Source of the DNA: Vicugna vicugna
Taxonomy: Eukaryota
Direction: 5' to 3'
Length of the DNA: 64,000 bases
Assembly (NCBI GenBank): GCA_013265495.1
Contig: MU058485.1
Span: 1-64,000 of the forward strand
Below the pieces are notes generated by a model that searched no databases, was not told the DNA's origin, and saw only the letters and a list, made by a program, of their open reading frames with translations. This document shows positions 24,200-38,345 of this stretch, piece after piece. Within the stretch, counting starts at the first letter, position 1; every line of letters begins with the position of its first letter. The position numbers were made by a program, and so were the translations under genes.

Positions 24200-25655
24200 C
24201 CTGCATCCCCCACGGCCCTCACCACGGCACTGAGACAGGAGTTGCACTGCCGGTGGCTGCGTGTTTCAAACCAGTGGGCATTTTCAGCTCCTGTTTATTT
24301 GATTACCTGGTAGCTTTTGCCGTGGACAAATATTTTCCTCTCAGTGGAATGTTTTCCCCCCTTAATTTTTGTTTTACTTAAATAAATTTCAAAAGCCCAG
24401 GCAGAAAATTGTGTGTGCCCATATGCACACACACAGATACACACAGTGTTTTTTAAAGGCTACCTAAGTATAGTCCTCCTCCTCCTTTCCCCCAGCCTTG
24501 GCAATTAAAGGTAGGCTTTAGCTCTTGCTTTTTTGCCCCCCACACCCCCTTTTCTCACTCTGCTCCTTTTAGTCAGTGTTCAAATCCCTCTTAAGCCAGG
24601 TTACAGCCTTCTCTGTGTTGCCTCAACTAGTTTTCTCCCAAATGCTCTGCTATTCTTCTTTCTCTTGGTGGATTTCTCTTCTCCCATTAGCCATCTACAT
24701 GGCCCTTTTCCCCAGGGCCTCATCTTCAATCCTCCGCCTGGAAGGACTGAATCGCCCCCATGGCCTCACCCACAGCTCCTCTGAGCTCCTGACTGGTGAA
24801 TCCAGCTAACAACGGACATCACCCCTCAGATGTCCCATAGACATTTTGCACTCAAAATGCCACACACAGAACCATCTCCTTGAAACCAGCTCCTCCCCTT
24901 ACGCTCCCCCTGCAGATCCGCTCTGTAGATGGGTCCCTGGAAAGTCACCTCAGCAGCTCTGCGGCCCGCCGCCCCGGCCCTGCAGTCCCCTCTGAAGCAG
25001 TCACCACTTCTGCCGCCCATGTCTCTATCCCTCTGCACAGGGCCTCTCTGCAGGCGGGTGCCACTTGTTGTCTGGGTTACCTGGGGTGGTCCCCGAAATA
25101 TCCTTTCCCCCCAAAATATGGACCTCCCCCCAAAAATAGTATCTTCCATTCTGCTGCCAGAATAACCAGATCTTCTTCAACATAAACATTATGAAATTCT
25201 CTTGCTTACAAATACTCCAATATAGCCCTGTTTCCTTAAGGATACATTCAAGTCTAAGCACACAAGACCCATCATGACAGAGGCCTTGTGCACCTGATAA
25301 CCCCACCTATGGATACTTTGTTTTAGCCCTACTTGTTGTTCTTCAGCCTGGCCAAGCTGCTTCATGCCGTGTACCTTTATATGTCTCTACCTCTCTGCAT
25401 GAAGTGTCCACTCCTTCTACCACAAATTAGAGAGCTAACTTCCTTTCACCTTTCAAAATTCAGTTCAAATATTTCCAGCTCTAGGAAGTCCAATTTGTGT
25501 TAACCTGCTTAGCAATCCATCAACTACTCGCCAAGCCTCGCCTGGCCTGGGGAGTGCAGACACCAAGTCTTACCTGTCTTGGTCTCCCCAGCAGTTGATA
25601 CAGTGTTTGGCATAGCAGGTGCTCAATGTTTGTTGGATGGATAAATGAATGAATC
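24200..25655 (+). mobile_element. Decayed L2
   Basis: L2 body motifs and typical 3' end TTTGGCATAGCAGGTGCTCAAT...GAATGAAT. Confidence 0.65.
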
Positions 25656-28583
25656 AGTAAAGAGATGAGAGGTCTACAATTCCCCCCAGTTACTCAGCTG
25701 CCATTTTGGAAAGTTCATTCTGCGGAGTTAAGGAAATGTCAGTGCAGGTGGTGGGCAGACAGAACAGAGGTGAGGGCGTAGGGGAGACAGGCCTGGTCCT
25801 GGAGAGTGCAGGAGAGGCGTGGGTATGATAGCACTGGAGAGAGAGGGAATGAAGGGGGTGGGTGCAAGGAGATGTTGAGAAACAACTGATATTAACTGTG
25901 GTAAATTAAATGGAGAACATAATATATGAAGGGAAGTTCAAGTTAACACAGCAAGGGTGGAAGAGGCAGTACCAGAGACAAAGAGCTCTCACTTCATCAC
26001 TCACTGCATTTCACTTACAGCACCCGCCCTCTGGGAAGACATCACCAAATTCTTGAGAGACTGGTGTTTGTGCTGTGGGTGCTCTAAGTACAAAATGATA
26101 TCTTATGGCTTCCAGATTTTAAGATAGGTTATTTCTCTTATGTCCCATGTCTGAGTTCTCAGATGGCAGGATCATTTGCTGGTGGGGGGAGAGCTATTGT
26201 GGTTAACAACTCAGGGTTACTCTAATAATTTCAAAGGACAGTGGAGAATTCACTAAAACAAATAAAAGAGAAATTTCACTCAGAAAAAACCATATGCCAT
26301 ATAGAACCTTGTGGGGGCTTTGGGGGCAATGTTACCACCAACTCATCTAACAGTTGTATGTGAGTGTGTTGAAACTCCAAGTTCAAGTCACTTAAACACG
26401 TATGAGAACCAGGGTCCAGGCTGTGGTGCTCTGGACATGGACGGGAAGCTGAAAAGCCTGACTACTGCCTCCGACAGGATCAGTCCAGCCAGGGAGAACA
26501 ATGGACATGGACACGATCATGCACCATCAAGACAAGAATCAAGTGCAATTCATGCCTAGAGAGGAGAGCAGAAAATCTCTAATAAGTGGAGGGGTTCCTG
26601 CCAAGGCTTGGCAAGAGTCCTTCCAGGCAGAAAAGCAGAGAAAGTTACTTCAGGCGAAGGAGACTAGGGTTGGTGGCTGGGTGCGAGGCCTAACGAAGCA
26701 CAGGTGGAGGGCTCCAGGATCATCTGTCAGTAGCTCTTCCCCTTCAGCAGCTAAGACGCATAACTAAAAAGGCAGGTGGGGTGTCATTAATGATCATGGG
26801 GAAAACTGGGAGGAGGAAATTGAGGTCAGGATATCACAACCAAAGGCACTTTATTTTAGAGGAACAAAAATAATTCAAAAAGCACTTGGAAATTCTACCT
26901 CCCATGAATGAAAAGAACTCAAAATAAGTTTCACTCCAGCATTGAATACAGAATAACAGACTGCCTACTCTCAGAAATGGATTGAATTTTCTAATTCGCT
27001 AGGGATTATTTAGATAATAGGAAAAAGAATTAATCTGAAAAATCTCTCTAGAATAGCTGTTAATCCATCCTGTTTTGCAGGGTAGGGGGAGGCTGAATTA
27101 TTTAATTGGTATTTTAATGAGTCTATAAAGTTCTAAAAGTCCTATCAATTTCTCCCAAAAGCATACTTTTCCTTTCAATGACCTTTATTTGACTTAACTA
27201 GAACAATAACTTTTTTCCAAGGCTTTTTTCGTGTGTGTTAAAATACCAAATGATATGCTGCCCTCAGAATGTTATTGTTATTATTAAAGCTGATAATAGC
27301 CCCAATAAGACATATTTACAATTATGACTCATTTTGGAATAACAGGTCATTGGCTTATAGTCCTTTTGAAAATAAGCAGACTAAATGAACATAACTTCTA
27401 CACCAGGAACTTCAGCTGCACCCTTAATGGAACCTGGTCACGAAACACAACAAAAGCAAAGATGAAACTCAAATCAGACACCAGGCCACAAAGCATAGCT
27501 GACTGAAGATGCCACAACATGACCTTTCATTCACCGAGAGAACCAGATGCGTTTCCGTGTATAATGTATATTTTTAAAAGCAATTATTTTATATATATAA
27601 TGTAATTTAGGAAAAAGAAAACTCCCTCTATCTGTAGATTTATAAACAGGAAGCACAAAGTGGTGCCTTTGTAGACATGAACCCACATGCATAAATGCAA
27701 AACCTATTGACCAAAATCCTTTCCTGTCTTCTAAGTTAAAAAAAAAAACAACTAATTCAAGGCAGTGGTGAGCTGAAAGGGCTCAGATACAAAACGTGCA
27801 CATCATCAGCCTTCTAGTAGATAAAAGTGCGCCATGAATAATAGAAAAGATGACGTTTCCTATGGAAATCTATTTTGAGATGGAACCATTTAAAGGCAAC
27901 CTAGAGCTCAAAACCAAGTTTAACCAAAGAGAAACAGAGCCCAAGCAAATGTACAGAAGTGGACAAAGACATTGGAGAAGGAGGGGATCTGTGCTCAACC
28001 GATACTCCAGATCAGCAAATTCATCCTGAATTCAAGCCAGTGATGTGCCATGAGGTCACTCAAGGAACCAGACAGAAACCATCGGCCAGAAGAAATAGGA
28101 ACAATGTCAAAGGCAGGTGTGAGAAGGGGTGACCCTGTGAACCTTGCTGCCATGAGGCAGGATGCTCTTGCGGGCTTTCTGAACAGGCTGGCTGGCTCAC
28201 ATGACTCTGTTTAGAAGGATATCAGCCAACAGCTGTGCCACACGGGCTACAGCCCAAGCTGAGTCACATGTAGTAACGGTTCTGAGTTTATCCTTAGACG
28301 ACATGACCAGAAGGCTCTGAGAATCAATGGTGGAGACGTACCTGAATGAGTATTCCATTTCATTCCTTGGCAGTAAATCTTCAGCTTTGTACAACATAAA
28401 TATTGACAAAGATACACACAGGCACCCTATTCGAAAGCCTGACTGCATAATTGCATCTAATGGAGAAAAGCGGGCTCTGTTTCAGTATGCTAGGTCATTG
28501 TTTGGCTCGGTAACCAATGCTTCTGAGACCCAAAACATACTCTAGTATAACCGACAGCACCAAAATCTCCACTGATGACTTAC

Positions 28584-28707
28584 TCATATCAAGGTAGTCA
28601 TATAATAACCCCAGTTTGCCCATAGGATACAGATGGTTGTCCCGTTCCCATCATGGGCTGGTCTGTTCTTCTCCCGAAACTGCAGCACCATTAGATTCAT
28701 GACCCAG
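28584..28707 (-). pseudogene. ANO6: ANO6 exon 16 equivalent
   Basis: WVMNL [7-nt deletion] VSGEEQTSP*WERDNHLYPMGKLGLLYDYLDM; CAG| and |GTAAGT. Confidence 0.93.
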
Positions 28708-29029
28708 CTGCCAAACAGATCAAATTATAAGGCAAGATATTATCAGACCAAGGTCATAAAAGTATTACTGATATTTCAAGCTGAACATATCATCTTCCCA
28801 AGAATTTAATTTCTTGTTATGTTTCCAGGTTTCTTTTTATTGCTGCCTCCCTACCCTCAAAAATTGTGAAAACTAGTCCTGACTACATACCTTGGGTTTA
28901 CCAAAATTGTAACGACTACTACTTAACTCCTACCTCCTTTTCAGGTGGGCATTTTAGCTTTTAGAAGATACCTTCCCTCATTTGTCTTCTTTCCCCCCAT
29001 TTCTCTGCTATTATCCACCATGGCCTTTC

Positions 29030-29410
29030 CAGTCTGAAAATCGTCAGAGAAAATAAGTATAAGAAAGAAATACAGGGTCTGTGAGCTGGTAATAAGTGCT
29101 GCGGAGGAAAATAAAGGAGGGCAAGGAATGTGTGGTACGGAGGAGTGGGGCTGGGGAAGTGACCTTTGAATAAGGCAAAGACGGAGGTAAAGGGGCGGGC
29201 AGAGGAGGGGCAGAGGGAAGAGTGATCACAGGCCTGGAGGTCCCTCACGCTGGACAGACAGCATGGAGACTGGTGTGGGCCAGAGCGAACAGGAAATGTG
29301 GTGGTTTTGGGGGTGGAGCCTTAGAGGCTGCCGTGAGGATGTGGGCATTTTTCCCTTTGAAGGAATTGCGGAGCCCTGGAGGGTCACCGAGCAAAAAAGT
29401 GATACTCTAA
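29030..29410 (-). mobile_element. Decayed L2 fragment
   Basis: GGTAATAAGTGCTGCGGAGGAAAATAAAG, GAAGTGACCTTTGAATAAGG reverse L2 motifs. Confidence 0.55.
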
Positions 29411-30565
29411 CTTTGGATCAAACAGGTCCAAGAACCTAATTTAAGCTGAACAAATCAAGGGCCAAAGAAGTGACATGCCACCTCAAAGTGCAGTGCTTGA
29501 AAGAAACACAGCCTCAACTCGCAGTCCAGTGCTCTGCCCCCTCCTGGATGCTGTTCCACAGAGCTGTCTCTAAGGTTATCTTTTCTCCTCACTCAGAGGC
29601 TTGTGGGCCAACTGAATGCTTCCCCCTTTATCAAATGGCAATTTGTCCTGAAGTGAAATCGGAGTTGGCAGTGAAACAAGGCATGGACCTGTAGCCTACA
29701 GAGCTGTTGTCCCTGAAAGCAACAACTGGTGCGTGGCTTACTCGTGGATTCAGCAGAAGAGACAGAGAAACAACAGACAACTTAGCGTCTGGCTGAGCTT
29801 CGGCTGACTGAACTGCACGTTTGGATGGATTTCAAATTTGGACAGTGAGGAGGCTTCACACGAAAGGCAGGTGTAGACATCATACATGCCCACACATTTG
29901 TATGCACACACACAGAGTACATGATGTGACTTGTAAAGAGCTGCCCCTGCTAGGTTTCCCACTGCCTCTGATCTCAGCGTTAACCTTTCACTGGCCATGC
30001 TTCCAGGTTTGCTATGAGATTTCTTTGCAATGAAACATGCCCTTCGCTTCACAAACTTTCCCCACTTCTTTCAATGACATTAGGGGAAGAGCAGGGAGCT
30101 CTGGGAAGTGGTGGGGATATGGACTCGAGATACCCCTGAATTTGAATCCACACTTCATGGCTTATTTGTTATTTAACTTTATTTACATTCAAAATGCAAT
30201 TGTTGCAGATCTCAGAAGATGATTTACACTCACTGCTATGGCAGAATGTTGCGGTTAGTAGACTCACCACTGGATCCTCTTATTCAACACATTCTTCCAA
30301 TAATTCAGATATTACTGTATCCCAAATGCCCATTTCTATATTTTGGTATCTGCTTTTCAGTATAATTATCTTCCTTCTTTATTCTCTAAATCTTATGATT
30401 TTAAAACATTTTTCTGAGAAGTGGTCCACAGGCTCTTTACTTATGATAAGTTGATAAAGAGAACCTGGAGATCAAAACCACATTTAAATCCTGAGATAAA
30501 CTCAACTCTGTCATATACATGGCTAGGTTTAGTCTGAAAATACTTTATTTAGTAAATTTTGCATC

Positions 30566-30740
30566 AAACAACAAGGTTCTACTGTATAGCACAGGGAATT
30601 ACATTCAATAACTTTTAATAGCCTATAGTGAAAAAGAATATGACAAGGAATATATATATATGTATGTATAACTGAATCACTATGCTGTACACCAAGAATT
30701 AACACAATATTTTAAACCAACTATACTTTCAACAAAAAAA
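30566..30740 (+). mobile_element. L1 3'-UTR fragment
   Basis: AACAACAAGGTTCTACTGTATAGCACAGGGAA...AACTATACTTTCAA plus A tail. Confidence 0.8.
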
Positions 30741-33700
30741 GTTGAAATAAAATTGGGAGATGAAACTTCCACCGCCCAGGCTGCTGTCAGGATGAAACGA
30801 TTCAAAGCAGGCCAGGTATTAGCAACCCCCCTGACACAGCAAAACCACATGTGGGGCCTTCCTTTTGAGCAGCATAGGCTAACCGGCTGTGGTCACCTAT
30901 AAATAGGGTTGAAGTCACTTAGACCCTTGGCTTGGGAACACCGTGGCCACAGGGGTGGGGGTCACTGCAGCACCTACGAGAATGACAGGGACAGCCTGCT
31001 GCTGAAGCCGCTCCCCAGGCCACAGCCCGGAGCACTGCAGTCAGTCTGAGGTCCGGCTGGTGGCGCACAGCTCCAAAGCCACTTGGAGCCCTGCAGTGCA
31101 GGTGGCGCTGGGACCGCGCTCATCCACCACCCTCCCTGGCACCCACACTCGGGAGTCTCCTGGGGGAAATTTTCTCTGCCTCATACTTCCTGTCTCAGCC
31201 TCTTGTGGAATCTGGTCCATGCCCCAGGGAAGCAGGGCTTTTACCCTCCGGTACCCAAATCCATCACGGTTTGGATTCAGGATGAAACTTCCATGTTAAC
31301 TCACCCAGTGCTCCCTTCTTGTGCTGAACTGCCCTCCCCCGCCAATGGCATTAGGTCGTATTAGAAGTCCCGACTTGCTTGTCCTTAGCTAAGACTCTGA
31401 GCCTCTTGCTCAGTCTTCCTGAGTGGAACCACTCATCTGTGGCACAAAAGCTTGGGCTGTCGTCTACCCATCATGGTCCTTGGTCTTTTGGGTTTTCTGT
31501 TGGGTTATGGTCCTCGTACAGGGATATCAATTTGCACATGAGAAGCAGCTGTAGACATTTTAAAAAATACAGACACTGGATCCTCCCCCGTCTCCAGCCA
31601 AGGCTGGAAGCTTTCTCCATCTAGCAGGGGTTACACAATCATTTGCTTGGGAATTGACCACACATATTAGCATAATCATAGTAAATTGCCCTTTACTTAG
31701 TGTTTGCCACGTGGCATTTTCTACTTCATGTTGTCTTTGTACCTTCATTATCACATTTAATCCCTGCATTATAGATTATCACCATTTCTGTTGAGGACAC
31801 TCCCACTTGCTAATCTTGAATACAAGTATCTTTGATTCTCTTAATCTATTTCATTCCTGAGTTTCCTGTTCCTGAATTTAAAGAGTGAATTAATTCCTGA
31901 ATTAGTGAATTATGGACACATGTATTTAAGTTTCTCTTATTATATGTATCTGACTCATCCTCTAACCAAATCATATCTGGAGAAGAGAGATTTTCTCTTT
32001 TAAACATTTGCTTTTTGTTATTATATAGTAGTGCATACCCATGGTGGAAAATGTAGAAAACATACAAAGTAAGAAAATTACAGCCATACATTATCTAAAT
32101 ACCAAAGGATAATGCTGTCATTTTGGGCATTAACTATTTTTCTTAATATTTTATCATAAAATTTCTCCAGGGCAAGTTGCTTAACCCTGGAATTGTACTA
32201 GCCTTTTGTCAAGTAGAGAGTAACATTCCCAGAAATGACCCCAATATCAAAATAGTATGTGAGGCTGGGAAGGCCACAGGGCTCTCAGCTTATTCTCTGA
32301 GTCCTAGAAAGATTGCTGTTAATTCACTGATGTTACGCATTCGATGCCTGTGAGTCACTCACTCATTCAGCTCGCTCAGACTGAGACCTACTTTACACCA
32401 GGTGCCAATCCAAGTGCTGGGGAGACCCCAGAGGGAGCCTGGATCATGGCATCACTGTCCTTCTTCATTTGCTCCCAGAATCCTACTCAAGAACCCCACA
32501 TGGACCTGGGGGGTGGAGGCAGGTGAGTTATGGTGAAATTCATTTCATTATTTTTTTTTAGACATATTTAAATAGCATGAAAAGAGTCACTAACTTTGAT
32601 AAGTTTTCTTTTCCCTTCCTATGTATTTTAGGATGAGTATAGTTTTGGTGCAGCAAGAGTAATTGTTAGATCTTTGGTATGTTAGGTTTTTATATGATAA
32701 ATTAAGAAGGAAACTGGCACCTTATACAAAGAGAAGAGGCAGTGAGGAAAACACAAGCCACCCTTGAACTTGGCTATAATTTGGCATTCCTGGTTTTCAA
32801 ACAAGGAAAACATAATTCAAAACATATTCCCTAAATATTTTAGCCCATAGTAGAAATACATGGAGACAAAGTTCAGCTCACTGGAACCTACAGCAATGTG
32901 CTTACTTAAGCGAAGGTATAAACAGACCACAGACACTATAATGCATCCTTTACTTTAAACTAGTTCATGTGAGCAAGTTTCCTTTCACATGAATTGCTCA
33001 GTACCAATTTAGGAAATATATCCTTCTCCTTGATTAGTAAAAATAGCTCACTGATAACCAGATTCAACAAAATTTAGTGTTAAATAATTAACCTATTTCC
33101 TTCAGGAAATGCTTTCGAGTAATCTGAGTTAAGTATTTCCTCTATCTGATCTATTCCTTTTCACAGAGAAAAATAATATTTGAACATGAGCTACTTTTAC
33201 TCCTCTGGGAAAATCTGACTGTGAGCTCAGGGTAGGAGTTGTCTACTACACAGTAGGGAAAAAAAGATTCATTTCACAGCGAAGATCAGAATCTTTTTTT
33301 GAGGGGCGTGGTGAGCTGGGGGACGAGGGAAATGCCTTTGTTTAGAGACAGACCCCAGTAAACCATACTATAGCTGAAGGTGAAGCTCTTGTGAAGAAAT
33401 GTGGAAGGACACACTGACACCCAAAGGTGTTCACTCTGAAAAACAGAAAGAAAGAAAGAAAAAAGAATTTAATTGCCCTATAAGGAGAATGGACAGAAAC
33501 TTGGTAATAAGGGAGAGAGAAGGAAGGTTAGGGAAGGGAGGAGAAACAATAAAAGGGAACTTGGATGCGGTGGGCAGAATAGCAGGTTTCTGGAGCTTAC
33601 AATGAAGGATGATAAGAAAAGAAGTAAAGTTTAAAAAAAGTAACAAAGTTTAAAATAGTTTAAAAATTAAAAAATGAAGTTAAAAAATAATTTTTTTTTA

Positions 33701-33955
33701 TAGTGGCATGGAAGATTTTAAAATGATGGAGGTTTTTTATTTCAAAATTCAAGTTGTTTGAGTTTCTCCTCCATGCTCCAAACAACAGTAAGGCCTGCTT
33801 GTGTAAGTGGATTTGGGGGACACCACAGAGAGGGGTGAGCTCTGCAGTTAGGTTGGCCAGGAGCAAAATGCTGGTGTGGAAGGCAAGACAGATGAGAGAT
33901 CAACAGTTTCATGAGAACAGAAACTCAAAGCCAGAAATTATCTTAAAAAGATTAA

Positions 33956-34477
33956 TGTGGTAGGCAGAAAAATGATCCCCCCCAAGATGTCTATGTCCTA
34001 ATCCCCAGAACATATGAAGAGGTCAGTTTCCCTGACAAAGGAGGCCTATGGTTGCAGATGCGGTTAAGTTTGCTAACCAGCCAACTCTAAGAGAGATGAG
34101 CTGGATTATAGAGGTGGGCCCAGTGTAATCACCAGGGTCGTTAAAGAAGGAAGAGGGAGGCAGAAGAGGGGAGAGAGGAGAGGAGATGTGACCACAGGAT
34201 CAGAGTCAGAGGCAAACAACCATGCTGACCTTGAGAGAGAGAAAAGAGGTCACAGGCCAAGAGAGGCAGGTGGCCTCTGGAAGCCAGAAAAGTCAAAGAT
34301 ACAGGTTCCCCTGAGGCCTTCAGAAACAGCCCTGTCAATACTTTGACTTCAGGAGGCTTCTGCGTTCAAGAAACCTACAAGGTTAAATTTGTGTTGTTTA
34401 GTGGAGACTTTCTTTTTCCTTCCTACTACCATGACGTTTGGGGATACTTGTTACAACAGCAATAGAAAACGAATACA
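33956..34477 (+). mobile_element. MLT1D-like MaLR solo LTR
   Basis: TGTGGTAGGCAGAA start, GGGCCCAGTGTAATCAC, and TTGTTACAACAGCAATAGAAAACGAATACA end. Confidence 0.8.
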
Positions 34478-35314
34478 TTAAGCTCCTTGAAATGTTCAGA
34501 AATTGCAGATAACACTGGACTGTCTACTTTGATATGGGATTTGGCTTATGTGAAAATCAAAAGGACAGTATGACCTTTGCTAACATCTGCTTTTCTCATT
34601 TATAGGAAGAGAACAGTAAGTCAAAACCTCTGTAGTTATTATTTTAGACAAGTGTCTCTTAAAACATTATGTAACCCTGTGCCTTAGGACCCCAAGAGAG
34701 TCTCTGTTCTTAGAAGAACATGGATTCAGAGAGATAGGGTCTTACATCTGAGTCCCACAGTGGTATCTTATTGGCAATGAGAGCTTGGGAAAATCATTTA
34801 CCCTCTTTAAGCCACAGGATCTTTACTTGCAAAAGGAAGATAAGAATAAAGATTGTTTGGGTGATTAAATTGTACACACACACACACATGCACACACACA
34901 CATATATGTACAATATTTAATATAGTGACTAGCACATACTAGGCACTGAACAAATTTCTGTTATGGGTTTTTAAATGCATGTATAAAAGGAGGAGAAAGT
35001 TGTGAGAAGTTGTGGGAAAACTTAGTTCACTGCCCCAACAAGGGCCATCTCTCAAAGGGCTCTGATCAGTCAGTCCCCAGTGATGGGCTAATAAGCAAAA
35101 ACTATAGCACTTGGGGATTTAAGTTAAACATAAAAAGGAAGTTATTTAAGTATAATTATTAAACAGCAGGTACGTTTGCACTGTTGGCTGGATCATCTTA
35201 TCTGGCGAGCTGTAATAAGCAGAGAGTCTCCCCTGTTTTAGAGATGGGCACGCAGGAAAATGACGTGGATGGGTGGGCCATTCTCACCCCAGGATCACAT
35301 GACTTTGTACTCAT

Positions 35315-35412
35315 GGAAGTAACACCTCTTGCATGTTATTCCAGATTGACTGTCCTCCCATGATTATTGTCAGCTGTGTCATCAGTTCAAGGAGACAGCC
35401 ACCTGGGTCACA
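35315..35412 (-). pseudogene. ANO6: ANO6 exon 15 equivalent
   Basis: [33 protein letters not shown], 98 nt; donor mutated to ATGAGT. Confidence 0.95.
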
Positions 35413-35587
35413 CTGGAATATCAGAAAAAAATCTCATTTAAATTTTAGATAGCTCTAACATGAAATAAAGTCATTATTTTATGCCTAAAAAAATCTAAGG
35501 AACAGAGAGTAAAGACACTCTTCATTGGGCAACTAAGAGAAAACATGAAACAGATTAGACTGTCAGAACACAAAGCTGTATTCACAC

Positions 35588-35756
35588 CTCTTCATTTCTG
35601 TGTTTTCACAGCCAATACACCAGATCTCCTGGATAAGTCACAAATCTGCCCTTAAGGAATGCGAGGTAGAAACACGAGGCGTAGTAGTTGACAAACTGGA
35701 ACAAGAATACCTTCATGGCTGGGTTGTTCTCACAGTCAGTCTGGTCCTTGGGAGCT
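35588..35756 (-). pseudogene. ANO6: ANO6 exon 14 equivalent
   Basis: ELPRT [-1] TDCENNPAMKVFLFQFVNYYASCFYLAFLKGRFVTYPGDLVYWL*KHRNEE. Confidence 0.95.
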
Positions 35757-35852
35757 CTGCAGCTAGAATAAAGAAAAGTTAAGTCTGTAAAACTGTGAAC
35801 GGCTTTGAGACCCTAATCAATGCCACAGACAGATGAGTTAACACGGTAAATA

Positions 35853-35856
<4 letters not shown>

Positions 35857-35910
<54 letters not shown>

Positions 35911-36003
35911 ACTCACNNNNNNNNNNNNNNNNNNNNNNNNNNNNNNNNNNNNNNNNNNNNNNNNNNNNNNNNNNNNNNNNNNNNNNNNNNNNNNNNNNNN
36001 NNN
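35857..36003. other. (TA)n(CA)n microsatellite followed by an assembly gap (N at 35,917-36,003)
   Basis: Directly visible. Confidence 0.95.
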
Positions 36004-36820
36004 ATAAGTCAGCCGTTCCTTAAAATTTATAAGCACAACAGTATCCAATGGGCAAGAACTGTCCTCTGTCAGGTATAAGTTGACAGAAAGCTACTTTTAA
36101 ACATCCTGCTAAATGATATTCTCTTGTCTCCCTGAGCGGCAGTAAGGTAGGACTATTGAAAACAAACAAAACACGGGGCAACTTGCTAGAAGCATTTGGG
36201 GAACATAAAACGGGTCATCCTCCTAGTTCAGAATTTGAATTGGTCTTAGTGTTTTCAGAAGATGACCACTGAGCAGGCCACTGGGAGAACGACCCAGCCA
36301 CATGCAGCGTGTGGGAAGCACTTAACTTGGGCCACTAAGCCGCTGGCTGGGATACAAGCCAGAGAGAAGAAACATTTATTATAGAAGCCACAGCTGATGA
36401 GAGTGGAGCTATGCTAACAGGGACAGCATGGGGGGAAGGCACATAACACTGTGGTTACTTGTCCTCTCCATAATGCACAAGCAATCTGCCAGTGGAACCA
36501 CGACCTTCTTCCACTTATTTGCAATACAGAGACTATTTACTTTCAACAATAGGGAACATGATCTAATGTAATTGAAATTATTATTAAGCACTGACCTCTT
36601 TACACAGAGCTTGGACATTCTAATGCTTCCTTTGTCCCGTTTACTAATGCAAAGCTGGAGCTAATTCACTTCTCACATAGGCTAGAGAAAATACGTTTAC
36701 ACTTGAAATTTTCTAAAGACTTTAATGTAATGGAATTGAAGTGCCTAAAAGATACAGTCCCTGTTTTGACCTGGTTCTAAAACTGGTGTAGAAATGACCT
36801 CAGCTGCAGGAGGAGCTTAC

Positions 36821-37043
36821 CAGAGTCAGTCATCATGATTGCCACTTTCTCATATATGGCGTTCAGGGCCATGATAATGATAAAACTGATAAGGGAAGCA
36901 GTGATGGGCATGGCCAATCTGCACAGTCAGGTACTACTAGATTGGGTCTCTTCCATTCAGGTTCTTGGGAAGTTTTGCAGAAAATGCAATGAACACTGAA
37001 AGTCCACAATGATCCCAATAACTGAAGCAATGGTCAACAGGAC
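36821..37043 (-). pseudogene. ANO6: ANO6 exon 13 equivalent
   Basis: VLLTIASVIGIIV / LSVFIAFSAKLPKNLNGRDPI**YLT / ITASLISFIIIMALNAIYEKVAIMMT; two stops and two frameshifts. Confidence 0.95.
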
Positions 37044-38119
37044 CTGACAACCCAAAACCCCAGCAGCATGAGACTCACTAATGATCGTATTTTTACACAG
37101 AAAACTTGCCCCCAACCCACACTTAAACAGACAACATGCATGTGCTCTAAACCTCACATAAACATGAGAAGTGATGTAACTCGCACATAAATGCCACAAG
37201 AGACCTGAATATCAGGCATGTTAAACTTTAGGGGAGGAGGAATGAAGGATGTAAAAAAGAATGAGGGCATCCACTAATGTAACATGCTGACAGTAGGAGC
37301 AGCTGTGTGCAGGGCATAGGGAATATATGGGAACTCCACTTTCTATGAATTTTTCTGTAAACCTAAAACTACACTAAAGAAGGAAGCCTGTTAAGTATAT
37401 CTTTAAATGGGTGAAAATGGAGTCACTGGTGGCATGTTCTTTTGGAGACAAGTCTGTGATAGCAGAACCAATGAAAACATCCCTTCTACATCTATAGAAT
37501 TACTTAGATTATGAACTAATTGTAACCCATGAAGGGGATATGCCTCCTTTCAAGGGAGAACCTATCACTGATTCAGGGATCAGCAGGTGCTAGCTGTCGT
37601 CTTCATTCTGAATAGGACCAGTGAAGCTGTGGACATGCCATGATGGAAATACTGGAAGTGACAGCAGGTCTCTGCTGATGGAAGCTTCACATGCTTTTCA
37701 TACTCCTTGAGATCTTAAAATGGCAGGTATTCATACTCCCTGCATTTGCACAAGATTCATGTCCCTGATCCAGTGTAGTTCTGACTGTGTGGAACCAAGG
37801 GCAGTGGGGGTGTCTGAAGCATAATTTACACGTGCCTGATAGGGTTTCAGTTCCTCACTCGGCAGGTATTCTTCTGGCCACTGAAGAATGCACATTAAAG
37901 ATCCCATTTTTAAACTGTTTTCCTTCCATCTACCTTCTTGGTCATAGTCTAGAAGCATGTACTCAGTGTCCCTGGCTGCTCCTGATGGCTGCCCCAGAGA
38001 GAAAGCTACAAAGAATGTGACTTTGAAGACTAAGTGAATCACATCATGTTATTTACAGTAAACAGCCAGAGGTTGGCTTGCACCTGCAGGGGAGAGCAGA
38101 GGGAGTGTTTACAAGCCCC

Positions 38120-38345
38120 TCCTGGAGCCACACTCCTGCATCTGGTTCCCAGCTCCATGCTAGCTGTGGGGCCTTGTGCAAATTTCTTAACCTCTAGGGG
38201 CTTCAATCGCCTCACTCATATAATGGGGGATAATAATAGCAATTTATAGGATTATTGTGATGAGTCAATGATTTACTAATTGTGAAAACAGTTAGAACAT
38301 TAACCACAGGCATGTGAAAAACTCTACCTAAGTATTAGCTATGAA
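38120..38345 (+). mobile_element. MIR SINE
   Basis: CCCAGCTCC...CCTTGTGCAAATTTCTTAACCTCT...ATAATGGGGGATAATAATAG core. Confidence 0.65.

Noticed and set aside
28342..28456. Minus-strand exon-like segment with AG/GT ends (AIMQSGFRIG...)
   Set aside because: No similarity to ANO6, and it lies in intron 16; probably chance splice signals.
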